Origin: a virus
Taxonomy: Duplodnaviria; Caudoviricetes
Direction: 5' to 3' (one strand)
IMG/VR virus record: IMGVR_UViG_3300031912_000009
Location: 1,418 to 65,417 of that record
Length of the DNA: 64,000 nt
Numbering within the stretch: position 1 is the stretch's first letter; every line of letters starts with the position of its first letter. This document shows, piece by piece, positions 9,058 to 18,114 of the stretch. The notes under the pieces were generated by a model. The model did no database searches. It was not told the DNA's origin and saw nothing but the letters and a program-made list of their open reading frames with translations. The translations under genes were made by a program, and so were the position numbers.

Positions 9058-10019
9058 TGGCGGACGAAGAAGAAGGCGTAACCGTAGAGGTCGATGAACC
9101 GAAGCCGGAAGGCAATGCTGGTGCTGATCCAGTTGTCGAGTTGCAGAAGCAGTATGAGGAACTGCAAGCTCAACAGAAAACCGATGAAGCTAATCGCAAG
9201 GCCGCTGAAGAACGCGCCCGCGCGGCCGATTCGGCGCGGCAGCAAGCCGAAGCGGCGGCGCACACGGCGCGAGCTGAAGTGGCTGACACGCGCATCGGTG
9301 CGATCGAACAAGGCTTGCAGAATGCGCAGGCTGCATCTGATGCCGCTGAGAACGAATATACGGCTGCGATGGAAGCCGGTGATTGGAAGAAGGCTGCCGG
9401 CGCGCAGCGGCGCTTAGCTGACGCTCGCACTGATCTGAAGCAATACACCTATCAAAAACAGGCTTGGGAAGCACATCTTGCGCAGGCACAGCAGCAACCG
9501 GCCGCACCGCAGCAGCTATCGACTGGTGATGCAGTCGAAGATTACATCAATCGGGTCGGATCGGTGACACCGAATTCGGCGAATTGGCTGCGTAATCACC
9601 GCGATTGGATCACAGATAAGCAGAAGAACGCGAAGTTGACCTCTGCGCATTGGTCGGCGATCGGCGAAGGTTTGCAAGTCGATTCACCGCAGTATTTCGA
9701 TCATGTCGAAAGGACAATCGGGTTGAAAACAGCAGCAAAGACGAATGGCGGCTCAGTGACATCGGCGCGCAAACCGTCCTCCCCGGTTGCGCCGGTCGTC
9801 CCGTCGCCCGGTGGCACTTCGGGCGGCGGGAATGAGGTTCGATTGACCAAAGGTGAAGCGTCTGCGGCTACCGATGGCACTTTGGTGTGGAATTACGACG
9901 ACCCTAGCGGGGCCAAACGCTTCAAAAAGGGCGATCCTATCGGATTGCAAGAGATGGCGCGGCGTAAGCGCGAGCTGCAATCGCAGGGACAGTACGACAA
10001 AGCAAATTACGAGGCCTGA
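9057..10019 (+). CDS. Probable capsid scaffolding protein
   Basis: Acidic coiled-coil N-half, low-complexity linker, C-terminal helix EMARRKREL; ATG overlaps the upstream TGA. Confidence 0.7.
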   Translation: MADEEEGVTVEVDEPKPEGNAGADPVVELQKQYEELQAQQKTDEANRKAAEERARAADSARQQAEAAAHTARAEVADTRIGAIEQGLQNAQAASDAAENEYTAAMEAGDWKKAAGAQRRLADARTDLKQYTYQKQAWEAHLAQAQQQPAAPQQLSTGDAVEDYINRVGSVTPNSANWLRNHRDWITDKQKNAKLTSAHWSAIGEGLQVDSPQYFDHVERTIGLKTAAKTNGGSVTSARKPSSPVAPVVPSPGGTSGGGNEVRLTKGEASAATDGTLVWNYDDPSGAKRFKKGDPIGLQEMARRKRELQSQGQYDKANYEA

Positions 10020-10021
10020 TC

Positions 10022-10648
10022 ATGGCAGAAGAACAACAAGAACCAGTGGTGCGACGTGGGCGCGGACGACCGCGCAAGCAGATTGCGGAGCCAGTACGCG
10101 AAACAGTGCGTCAGGCGGCGCGCGATTCATCCGGCAACGTCGTGGTAATGGGCCGCGACGGTGAGATTCTGACCCGATCGCGCAAAGAAGGCATTGATCC
10201 GTTCGATGTGCCTGTGAAATTCATTCCGATCGGCTGGAGCTATCAGTGGAATGCAATTTCGACCTACGGCAACAGTGAAATCTTTCAGGCGCAGAACGTT
10301 GAATTTCATCAGAACGGTTGGCGGCCGGTTCCGGCCTCGCGACACGATGGGTTTTTCATGCCGAAAGGTCATAAGGGGTCGATCATTATCCGTGGTCAGC
10401 AACTTATGGAACGTCCGGAGGCGTTGACGCAGGAAGCGAAGGACGAACATGAGCGTCGAGCCAATCAGCAGATGCGCGATCGTGACGCGGCGCTGATGGG
10501 CGGGCGCGCCAACGTGCGTCAGGCGGCGCGCGGAGGGTTTGAAATGGGCGGACGCTACCGTGGCACGGGTGGCGATGTACGGATTACCGTCGATCCGGCC
10601 TTAGATGTGCAGCGGCCAAATTATGAACCAGCGGATGACAGCAAATGA
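10022..10648 (+). CDS. Conserved head-module hypothetical protein
   Basis: GWSYQW...GWRPV...IIRGQQLMERP motif of the gene usually next to scaffold and capsid. Confidence 0.7.
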   Translation: MAEEQQEPVVRRGRGRPRKQIAEPVRETVRQAARDSSGNVVVMGRDGEILTRSRKEGIDPFDVPVKFIPIGWSYQWNAISTYGNSEIFQAQNVEFHQNGWRPVPASRHDGFFMPKGHKGSIIIRGQQLMERPEALTQEAKDEHERRANQQMRDRDAALMGGRANVRQAARGGFEMGGRYRGTGGDVRITVDPALDVQRPNYEPADDSK

Positions 10649-10881
10649 CCAAAGCGCCGCACCATAAGGCCGAACATGAACGTGTCGGTAAGACAGAAGG
10701 TGCCAAGAAGCCGCCGCCACAAGACGAAGTGTGCGAGTTAGTGCGTGATTTTGATTTTCCTGGCTATCGCATTGTCATCCGTTGTGAGGGCCATCCGGAT
10801 GTCGTGCTGTTGGAGTTGGGAGATGTGCCAACTGTTCCAGTGATCCATTCACTTGGCAGCAGCAATGCACGGATAACTTAA
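10645..10881 (+). CDS. Hypothetical protein
   Basis: 78-aa ORF with ATGA overlap. Confidence 0.5.
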   Translation: MTKAPHHKAEHERVGKTEGAKKPPPQDEVCELVRDFDFPGYRIVIRCEGHPDVVLLELGDVPTVPVIHSLGSSNARIT

Positions 10882-10893
10882 AAGAGGAATGCC

Positions 10894-11808
10894 ATGCGTT
10901 TGGTGATCTCATTGCCGACCAGAGGTCGGCCAGGAAAGCTTGTCGAAACCATTGGCCGCGATCTGATGTGTCTATCACGACCGGACACCATGCTGATGGT
11001 TCAGGTCGATGAAGATGACACGAACACCGTCCAGGCGCTGCAACAAACACAGTTGCGCAAGGATCAGCGTTTGGTGGTCGACGTGCGGCCGCGCGAGGAC
11101 ACGATCGCAGCCAAGTGGAATCGCGCCCTCATAGTCGAGGCCGATGTCTACACATGCTTGGCTGATGACGATCCGCTGGTAACGCCGGGTTCAGATGAAA
11201 AAATTCTGCAAGCTGCCAGTATATTTCCTGACGGCATTGGTGCTGTCTATGGTCATCTATGCAACGCTTCTTTTAGTTGCTGCATTTCTTTTACTAAGCG
11301 GATGACTGATCTTCTCGGTTATATCCAGCCGGAATATTTCCCCTATTGGTTCTGTGACCATTGGACGGATGATCTGATGAGGATGGTCGGGCGCATTGCA
11401 TTTGCCGATGTGCGGACTTTCCAGACAATTGAATTGCGAATGATAGAACCAACTCAGGAGATGCGCGAGCCGGCATGGTGGGCGACGTGGTTCGACGCGA
11501 ATTATCTGGAAAGACGTGAACATGCGCAACGCATCATCACAGCGATCAACGATCCGGATTGGATGAAGCTGATGCATTACAACTGCGCGCCGATGATCGA
11601 TTACCGATCACGTTGGGTCAACGATAATGTGCGCAGAATGTTTTCCTTCGTTGATGTTAAGGACGAGAGATACCAGCGGGTCAAGCAGAAGGCGCTTGAT
11701 GCGGTGCCGGATATCTTATCGAAGTTGCCGCCGCCTGAAGCGGACAAGTTTCGTGAGATGCTGACGCCTCCTACGACGATCTTGAATTTGCGGAGGGCTT
11801 ACGGCTGA
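10894..11808 (+). CDS. GT-A fold (GT2-like) glycosyltransferase
   Basis: N-terminal ISLPTRGRP, DEDD, KWN..., acidic LADDD motif, YWFCDHW. Confidence 0.72.
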   Translation: MRLVISLPTRGRPGKLVETIGRDLMCLSRPDTMLMVQVDEDDTNTVQALQQTQLRKDQRLVVDVRPREDTIAAKWNRALIVEADVYTCLADDDPLVTPGSDEKILQAASIFPDGIGAVYGHLCNASFSCCISFTKRMTDLLGYIQPEYFPYWFCDHWTDDLMRMVGRIAFADVRTFQTIELRMIEPTQEMREPAWWATWFDANYLERREHAQRIITAINDPDWMKLMHYNCAPMIDYRSRWVNDNVRRMFSFVDVKDERYQRVKQKALDAVPDILSKLPPPEADKFREMLTPPTTILNLRRAYG

Positions 11809-13181
11809 TGCACGGCATGTCGGGGAAGAAGATCGTTCTTTGCCACGGCTGTTTTGATCTTTTGCATATTGGTCATATTCGGCACTTGCAGGAAGCTGCC
11901 GAACTTGGCGATGAATTGGTAGTGTCGGTCACACCTGATCATCATGTCCGCAAGGGGTTAAGTCGGCCGTATTTTACACTTACTGAGCGCATGCATTCGT
12001 TACAGGCACTGCGCTGCGTTGACCGGGTCGTTTGGTACGATTCGCGCGATGCAACTGCCGCTATCGCTGAGATCAAGCCGGATTATTACGTCAAGGGTAT
12101 CGATTATGCCGATGTGGGCGATCCTGAACTGCAACGTGAAATCGTCGCGGTTGAGGCTATTGGCGGCTTATTTCGCACGACCAAGGCGCTTAAGCAGGCT
12201 TCGTCATCGCATCTGATCAATACGACGCGGTTGCCGGATAGCGTTCAAATCTATCTGGCTGATGCGAAGAAACGCGGTTTCCGCGACAAGATTTTGGAAG
12301 CCTTCGATGCGGCTGACAAGCTTAAGATCACCTTTGTTGGCGAGGTGATTATCGATGAATATCGCTATGTGTCAGGTCTAGGGAAGCCGTCGAAAGAGTT
12401 TATTTTGGCGACGGCCGAACAAAGCGCGGAAGAGTTTCAGGGCGGTATTGTAGCCGCTTCCCGCCAAGGCGAATTCAAGGATTCGACTTGGTTGTCGGGT
12501 GGTCACGCTATCAGGAAGACACGGTTTGTGGATCAAGACTTCACCAGAAAGCTGTTTGAGGTTTACCAGCGGCTGGATATAGGACACGACGATCGGTTCC
12601 TGCGTGAACTGTCGGACAAGGTGCGTGTATCGGATGTAATTGTAGTGATCGATTTTGGTCATGGCTTAATGCTTCACGGGGCGATCGATGTGGTGAGCCA
12701 TGCCAAGTTTTTGGCGGCGAATGCGCAGACGAACGCTGGCAATGTTGGTTTTAATCCAATCACGCATTATCGCAAGGCCGACTTGATTGTCGTGGACGAA
12801 CCGGAAGCTCGATTGGCCACCCAGCGACGGACCGGGAATTTGGTCAATCTCGGCGATTGGCTATGCAATCTGGTTGATGCGCCACAGATCATTATTACTG
12901 CCGGTAAGAATGGCTCATGGGCCGGATATCGAGCGAAGTCTGGGGCGCGAGCTTTGTCTGGTGATATGATCCCGGCGTTCTCTAGTCGTGGGCTGGACAC
13001 GATGGGTGCCGGCGATGCGTTTCTTGCGGTTGCGGCTCCGCTTGTTGCTACTGGCCTGGAGGTGGAGGCTGCGGCGTTTGCGGGGAATGTTTCCGGTGCG
13101 ATCAAGACGACGATAGTCGGTCACCGTCGCAATGTGCGACGCAATGAATTGATCCAGACTGTCGAAGCGTTGCTGGCATGA
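11808..13181 (+). CDS. Bifunctional sugar-phosphate nucleotidyltransferase / PfkB kinase (HldE/RfaE-like, inverted domain order)
   Basis: N-terminal HGCFDLLHIGH and YVKGIDY; C-terminal PfkB signature DTMGAGDAF and ANAQTNAGN. Confidence 0.9.
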   Translation: MHGMSGKKIVLCHGCFDLLHIGHIRHLQEAAELGDELVVSVTPDHHVRKGLSRPYFTLTERMHSLQALRCVDRVVWYDSRDATAAIAEIKPDYYVKGIDYADVGDPELQREIVAVEAIGGLFRTTKALKQASSSHLINTTRLPDSVQIYLADAKKRGFRDKILEAFDAADKLKITFVGEVIIDEYRYVSGLGKPSKEFILATAEQSAEEFQGGIVAASRQGEFKDSTWLSGGHAIRKTRFVDQDFTRKLFEVYQRLDIGHDDRFLRELSDKVRVSDVIVVIDFGHGLMLHGAIDVVSHAKFLAANAQTNAGNVGFNPITHYRKADLIVVDEPEARLATQRRTGNLVNLGDWLCNLVDAPQIIITAGKNGSWAGYRAKSGARALSGDMIPAFSSRGLDTMGAGDAFLAVAAPLVATGLEVEAAAFAGNVSGAIKTTIVGHRRNVRRNELIQTVEALLA

Positions 13182-13696
13182 TGTATCTGGTCGAATGGCA
13201 CAAGGCACTGGGTCGTGTATGCAATAATATCTATCCAGACTTTGATGCTGTGGTCGAACGACTAAAGCACATGCGTAAGCAAGGGGAAGGCCAATTGATG
13301 TTTATTGGCAATGGCGGTTCGGCCGCTATTGCTTCTCATATGGCCACCGACTTTATGAATAAGGGCCGGTTCAATACGCGGTGTTTTAATGATCTGGCGG
13401 CGCTGACTTGTCTGTCGAATGACTATGGTTATGAGAATGTATTCAGCATGCAGATCGCGCGAGCTAACGGGCTTGGTGATGTTCTGATCGCGATATCGTC
13501 GTCCGGAGAAAGCAAGAATATCTGCCAAGCAGTCGAGATGGCTAAGGCCGGGATCATTACGTTTACGGGTTTCGAGGAAACCAACCGGCTGCGCAGTTTG
13601 GGTCATTATAATTTTTATGTGCCGTCGAAGAATTACGGCATCGTGGAAACTGCGCATCTTGGCTTGTTGCATGCGCTCCTTGAGGCTGTGACATGA
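13178..13696 (+). CDS. gmhA: SIS-domain phosphoheptose isomerase (GmhA-like)
   Basis: GNGGSAAIASH, ALTCLSNDYGYENVFS, AISSSGESKNI, YGIVETAH. Confidence 0.9.
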   Translation: MMYLVEWHKALGRVCNNIYPDFDAVVERLKHMRKQGEGQLMFIGNGGSAAIASHMATDFMNKGRFNTRCFNDLAALTCLSNDYGYENVFSMQIARANGLGDVLIAISSSGESKNICQAVEMAKAGIITFTGFEETNRLRSLGHYNFYVPSKNYGIVETAHLGLLHALLEAVT

Positions 13697-14565
13697 GTTG
13701 GAACGTCGTAGAGAAATTCAGTTTTGATCCAACCGGCGGCAGTGACAATGCCGATGAATTGGCAACGCTGGCAGAAGACTTGCGCGAGTATAAAGCGGCA
13801 AATCGACCGCTGCCGCGGGTGGTCTTCCCTGAAGGGGTTTATAACTTTTCGACATGGCCGAACTTAGCGATCAATGGATTGGAATGTGTGGGCGAAGGCA
13901 ATGTGCTTCTGCGCCATACCGGCTCCGGTCCGGCGATTACGTTTGATGGTGTGTCGACCGGCCCCGGTGGTGGTGGCCAATTCAATATGCTGATCGACAA
14001 TTTCTATATCATGCCGAATGGCAATACGACCGACACGTTTATTCTGAATTCAATCCATCATAGTCTGGTTCGGGTGCATGCGCTTGGTGTTGGTGTGCCA
14101 GGATCTAAGGCAATCAGCATGTATTGGTGCGTGCTGACCGAGTTGAACAACTGTTCGGTGACGCCACACGACGACAAGGTTTTCGGTCCTGGCGGCAGCT
14201 ACGATTGTATCGGTTTGTGGCTCGACAAGGTCACGCAGCCGTCGCATTGGCAGACGACGGCCTGCCGGTTCGTTAATCCGATACTGGAGAATCTGCGGAT
14301 CGGGGCGTGGCTGGAGGATGCTGGCGGTTGCCAATTCACTGGTGGTGCGATCGAGTATTGCACGGAACGGGGGATCGTGATCCGAACCGGCGGCAACAAC
14401 CAGACGCGCAATCTATGGCTAGAAGGTAATAACGAGCGCGATATTTGGTTCAAATACGACACGCACGACAATCGTTTTGAGGTGACCAACGGCAACGCCC
14501 ACGTTCAGAATGACGCAATCCTGGGCGGCAATAACCGGGTGGTTAGCCCATCGGATATCCTATGA
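13693..14565 (+). CDS. Right-handed parallel beta-helix (pectin-lyase-like) protein
   Basis: FDPTGGSDN...VVFPEGVY N-terminal pattern followed by beta-helix-type repeats (FTGGAIE, NLWLEGN). Confidence 0.6.
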   Translation: MSWNVVEKFSFDPTGGSDNADELATLAEDLREYKAANRPLPRVVFPEGVYNFSTWPNLAINGLECVGEGNVLLRHTGSGPAITFDGVSTGPGGGGQFNMLIDNFYIMPNGNTTDTFILNSIHHSLVRVHALGVGVPGSKAISMYWCVLTELNNCSVTPHDDKVFGPGGSYDCIGLWLDKVTQPSHWQTTACRFVNPILENLRIGAWLEDAGGCQFTGGAIEYCTERGIVIRTGGNNQTRNLWLEGNNERDIWFKYDTHDNRFEVTNGNAHVQNDAILGGNNRVVSPSDIL

Positions 14566-14759
14566 AGGCCGCGGAAAACCTCAAGCTGGGCTGGCTGATC
14601 GGTACTGATGATAGCGGCAAGGTCTATCAAATGCGGGATTGGACCGACATGATTGGCGTCTGCGGTATGGATTGTAAGAAGGGCGAAGAGGTTAAGGTGC
14701 TGAGTGATTACGATTCAGTCATGGAAGCTTTGATGCGTGATGCAGCGGACCGGCAATGA
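14562..14759 (+). CDS. Hypothetical protein
   Basis: 65 aa with ATGA overlaps on both sides. Confidence 0.55.
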   Translation: MKAAENLKLGWLIGTDDSGKVYQMRDWTDMIGVCGMDCKKGEEVKVLSDYDSVMEALMRDAADRQ

Positions 14760-15355
14760 GCCAATTTCTAAATGCCAAGGATTTGATGGATTTCGAACGG
14801 GATATCGAACAGCTATTTGCGGCTGGTGCGATCAAATCTCCGGTACATTTGGCCGGTGGCAACGAACACGAACTGATCCGTATCTTTTCCGGCATTAAAA
14901 GCTATGACTGGGTGCTGTGTACTTGGAGGGCGCATTATCATGCATTACTGCGAGGTGTACCGCCCACACAGGTCAAGAAGGCGATTCTTGACGGCCATAG
15001 CATCGCTTTGTGCTTCCCTGCCTATAAATTTCTTTCGTCAGCGCTTGTCGGTGGCATCTGTCCCATTGCCACTGGAATTGCTTGGGCCATCAAACGTCGT
15101 CACGGTCGGGAAGTGGTACACTGTTTCGTGGGTGACATGGCCGTCCGAACTGGCATCTACCATGAATGTCAGCAGTACTGTATGGGACACGACTTACCTG
15201 TCCACTGGATCATCGAGGATAACGGGAAGTCGGTGACCACGAATACGCGCGAGGTTTGGGGGAAGGGCGTGTTCAAGACGGCACCAGACAAGACGGTCTA
15301 TCAATATGAGCTTAACCGCCCCCACGTTGGCATCGGAACGTTTGTCGTATTTTAG
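14756..15355 (+). CDS. Minimal TPP-dependent dehydrogenase E1 alpha-like subunit
   Basis: PVHL..GNE, WRAHYHAL, SSALVGG, TPP motif VGD...EDN; only 199 aa. Confidence 0.85.
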   Translation: MSQFLNAKDLMDFERDIEQLFAAGAIKSPVHLAGGNEHELIRIFSGIKSYDWVLCTWRAHYHALLRGVPPTQVKKAILDGHSIALCFPAYKFLSSALVGGICPIATGIAWAIKRRHGREVVHCFVGDMAVRTGIYHECQQYCMGHDLPVHWIIEDNGKSVTTNTREVWGKGVFKTAPDKTVYQYELNRPHVGIGTFVVF

Positions 15356-15884
15356 TGCGTTGTGCGAGGCGATGAAGCTTTGCGCGCGCCGTGATGCGAT
15401 CTTTATCGGTCAGGGTGTAGGGCTGCATGGCGGTACGACCATGAGCCAAACGCTGATCCATGCGATCCCGTCACAGCGCTGGGAGTTTCCGGTCGCTGAA
15501 GATATGCAGATGGGTTTCTGCATTGGTATGGCACTGGAAGGCCTGTTGCCGGTCTGTATCTTCCCGCGGTGGAATTTCTTCTTATTGGCATGGAACCAAG
15601 CGATCAATCATCTCGATCGGCTGCCACTGTATTCTTACGAGGGATACAATCCGAAGGTGATTATTCGCACGGCTATTCCGTCCACGATACCTTTTAATCC
15701 TGGGCCGCAGCATGACGATGATTTCACTGAGGCCTTTAGTCTGATGACGCGCAGGATCAAGGTGGTGCGGCTAGGGAATGTAGAACAGATTATTCCGGCC
15801 TATAAGGCGGCCTTGGATGAGAACGGATCGACGTTACTTGTTGAGTATACTGATTGCTATAAAAACGAACGGGCGAAGGGATGA
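15306..15884 (+). CDS. Minimal TPP-dependent dehydrogenase E1 beta-like subunit (pyrimidine-binding domain only)
   Basis: IFIGQGV, EFPVAEDMQMGFCIGMALEG, NQAINHLD, GPQH; start may be TTG 15342. Confidence 0.85.
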   Translation: MSLTAPTLASERLSYFSALCEAMKLCARRDAIFIGQGVGLHGGTTMSQTLIHAIPSQRWEFPVAEDMQMGFCIGMALEGLLPVCIFPRWNFFLLAWNQAINHLDRLPLYSYEGYNPKVIIRTAIPSTIPFNPGPQHDDDFTEAFSLMTRRIKVVRLGNVEQIIPAYKAALDENGSTLLVEYTDCYKNERAKG

Positions 15885-16075
15885 GGCAGTGGTTGTTTGC
15901 GATAATGGGTGCGATTGCCTTGGGAGTTGGGCTTGCTAGATCGTATCAACGTGGAACTATCATTTTATCGCTAGCAATTCTGTTTGCGCTTTATACGGCT
16001 ATTGGTCTTATAACTCTGGACGCAAAGCGTTACCTCTGGTGGTACAGGGAAAAGCCAGGGCCGAAGCATGAATAA
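15881..16075 (+). CDS. Small membrane protein (two hydrophobic segments)
   Basis: WLFAIMGAIALGVGLA and IILSLAILFALYTAIGLITL. Confidence 0.6.
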   Translation: MRQWLFAIMGAIALGVGLARSYQRGTIILSLAILFALYTAIGLITLDAKRYLWWYREKPGPKHE

Positions 16076-16262
16076 GGACTTCTATCATGTCACCATCCGG
16101 TTCGGTGCTGGTATTCCGAACTCAACGCAAGGTGAGGTGATGTTGGATTTGGAAAAAGCGCTGCGGGCGCGCGGTTTGCCGGCTGAAGTCTTCAAGGATA
16201 GCATGGGCGATGACAGCAAGTTGCGTCGTGCGATGACGCCAGAACAGCGGGCGAAGCTATGA
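16068..16262 (+). CDS. Hypothetical protein
   Basis: 64 aa, coupled to the radical SAM start. Confidence 0.6.
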   Translation: MNKDFYHVTIRFGAGIPNSTQGEVMLDLEKALRARGLPAEVFKDSMGDDSKLRRAMTPEQRAKL

Positions 16263-17374
16263 GCGACATCCATGAATACCTTTTGGACGGCACGAAAGTT
16301 GGTTGGTGGCGCGATCGTGTTGAAGCGTGGCAGCGAGGAGAGAAAATTGCGCCCGTATCGATGGATGTCGCTTGGACACGGCGGTGTCAGGCAGCGTGTA
16401 CGTTTTGTTTCTCGCAAATGCAAGCCAGTGAAGGTGGCGAGATTACCAAAGAGATCGCCTTGGACTACTTGGACGATGCCGCAGAAATTGGCGTCAAGGG
16501 GATATCGCTTATCTCGGACGGCGAGAGCACTTTGGTTCCCTATTACGCTGAAAGTATTGAACACGCAGCCAAGCTTGGCATTAAGATCGGAGTTGGCTCG
16601 AACGGTATTGCGCTTACGCGCCCGGTCCTAGAGCGCATCCTTCCCCACATCTCGTATCTCCGCTTCAATTTTAGCGCGGGCGAACGCAAGCGTTACGCTG
16701 AAATTATGGGAGTGAAACAGGTATTCTTCGACCGCGTCGTGCAGAATATCAGGGACGCTATGGAGATCGTAAGGCGCGACAATTTGCAATGCACAGTCAA
16801 TATGCAGATGGTCACCATGCCGTCGATGGGCGACCAGATCCTGCCGCTGGCTAAACTTGGTCGCCAGCTTCGACCACACTATGTGATCTTTAAGCATTGT
16901 TCGGATAACGAAGATGGCTTCCTGGGGATGGATTACAGCAAGTATGACGCACTTTACGAAACATTCAAGCAAGCAGAAGCCATGGGGGATGAGGACTTAC
17001 GCATCATAGTCAAGTGGAATAGGCTGGCCGATGAAGGAAAGCGACAGTACTCGCGATGTCTTGGACCTCCATTTCAGTTACAGATTTCAGGCAATGGATT
17101 GGTGTCTACATGCGGTTTTCACTTTAATTCCAAGTACAGGAAATTTCACATGGGGTGGATCGCTGGTGAAGAGAAACAGCGATTCAAGGCAATCTGGGAA
17201 AGTGATCGATATTGGGAGATCGTTCGATACTTAGCATCGGATGAATTCGATCCGCGGTCTAGATGCGGCACGCAGTGCTTGCAGACGCATACTAATAAGT
17301 GGCTGTTCGACTACACTGAAGGTAAGCGAGACTTTCCGGCCTCGCCGGCTCCGCCGCATCTGGAGTTTCTCTAG
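16259..17374 (+). CDS. Radical SAM enzyme with SPASM/twitch-like C-terminal domain
   Basis: CQAACTFC (CX3CX2C), SDGES (GGE-like), C-terminal RCLG...STCG...RCGTQC. Confidence 0.92.
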   Translation: MSDIHEYLLDGTKVGWWRDRVEAWQRGEKIAPVSMDVAWTRRCQAACTFCFSQMQASEGGEITKEIALDYLDDAAEIGVKGISLISDGESTLVPYYAESIEHAAKLGIKIGVGSNGIALTRPVLERILPHISYLRFNFSAGERKRYAEIMGVKQVFFDRVVQNIRDAMEIVRRDNLQCTVNMQMVTMPSMGDQILPLAKLGRQLRPHYVIFKHCSDNEDGFLGMDYSKYDALYETFKQAEAMGDEDLRIIVKWNRLADEGKRQYSRCLGPPFQLQISGNGLVSTCGFHFNSKYRKFHMGWIAGEEKQRFKAIWESDRYWEIVRYLASDEFDPRSRCGTQCLQTHTNKWLFDYTEGKRDFPASPAPPHLEFL

Positions 17375-18114
17375 TGCTGGTTAAGGACGATGCGCATTAT
17401 TGGTATCCAATCCCTATCATTACTGATTGGCTGACTGACCATGTCATCGCCCCGCGGCAATTGGTGGTCGATGTTGGTTGTGGTCATAACCCGTTCCGGC
17501 GAGCCGATATCGGCCTAGACCGGGTCGATCGCACGGAATTGGAGAAGGCTTGGAAGGCTATGGATATCGAGCCACCACCGGAAAGCTTCCGGTTGGTGAG
17601 GCATGATTTCGCTCGTACAGCGCTGCCATTTGACGACAAGGAAGTAGATTTCATTTATTGCCGGCACACCTTAGAGGATATGCATGACCCGTTTTTATTG
17701 ATGGCTGAGATGCAGCGGGTCGCCAAGGCGGGCTATATCGAGACACCGTCGCCGGTCTGCGAGATTGCGCGCGGGGTGGATGGTGGCCCTAATGCGTACT
17801 GGCGTGGTTACCACCATCATCGTTTTATTGTCTGGGAGAATGAGGGAAGCCTGAACTTCATTACCAAATTTCCGATGATCGAACATATCCAGTTTGATGA
17901 AGACAGGATTGAAAGTGCGCTTCGCGGCAGTCCGTTGTTGTGGAACACCTATTATCTATGGAAAGATGAGATCCGCTGGAAGCATTGGGAAATGCCGTTG
18001 GACTTCGAATTCTGGACTGATTATCCAAAATTGCTGGTTCGATCGGCGACCGAAACCCTTAAGTCAGCGCAAGCTTTTAGCCGCATGGTCGACAAGCAAA
18101 GGCAAGCAGCATGA
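17374..18114 (+). CDS. Class I SAM-dependent methyltransferase
   Basis: VVDVGCGHNP motif I; LPFDDKEVDFIYCRHTLED. Confidence 0.85.
   Translation: MLVKDDAHYWYPIPIITDWLTDHVIAPRQLVVDVGCGHNPFRRADIGLDRVDRTELEKAWKAMDIEPPPESFRLVRHDFARTALPFDDKEVDFIYCRHTLEDMHDPFLLMAEMQRVAKAGYIETPSPVCEIARGVDGGPNAYWRGYHHHRFIVWENEGSLNFITKFPMIEHIQFDEDRIESALRGSPLLWNTYYLWKDEIRWKHWEMPLDFEFWTDYPKLLVRSATETLKSAQAFSRMVDKQRQAA

Noticed and set aside
14756-15884. Auxiliary metabolic pyruvate dehydrogenase for energy metabolism
   Set aside because: Both subunits are truncated, E2/E3 are absent, and the context is sugar biosynthesis.
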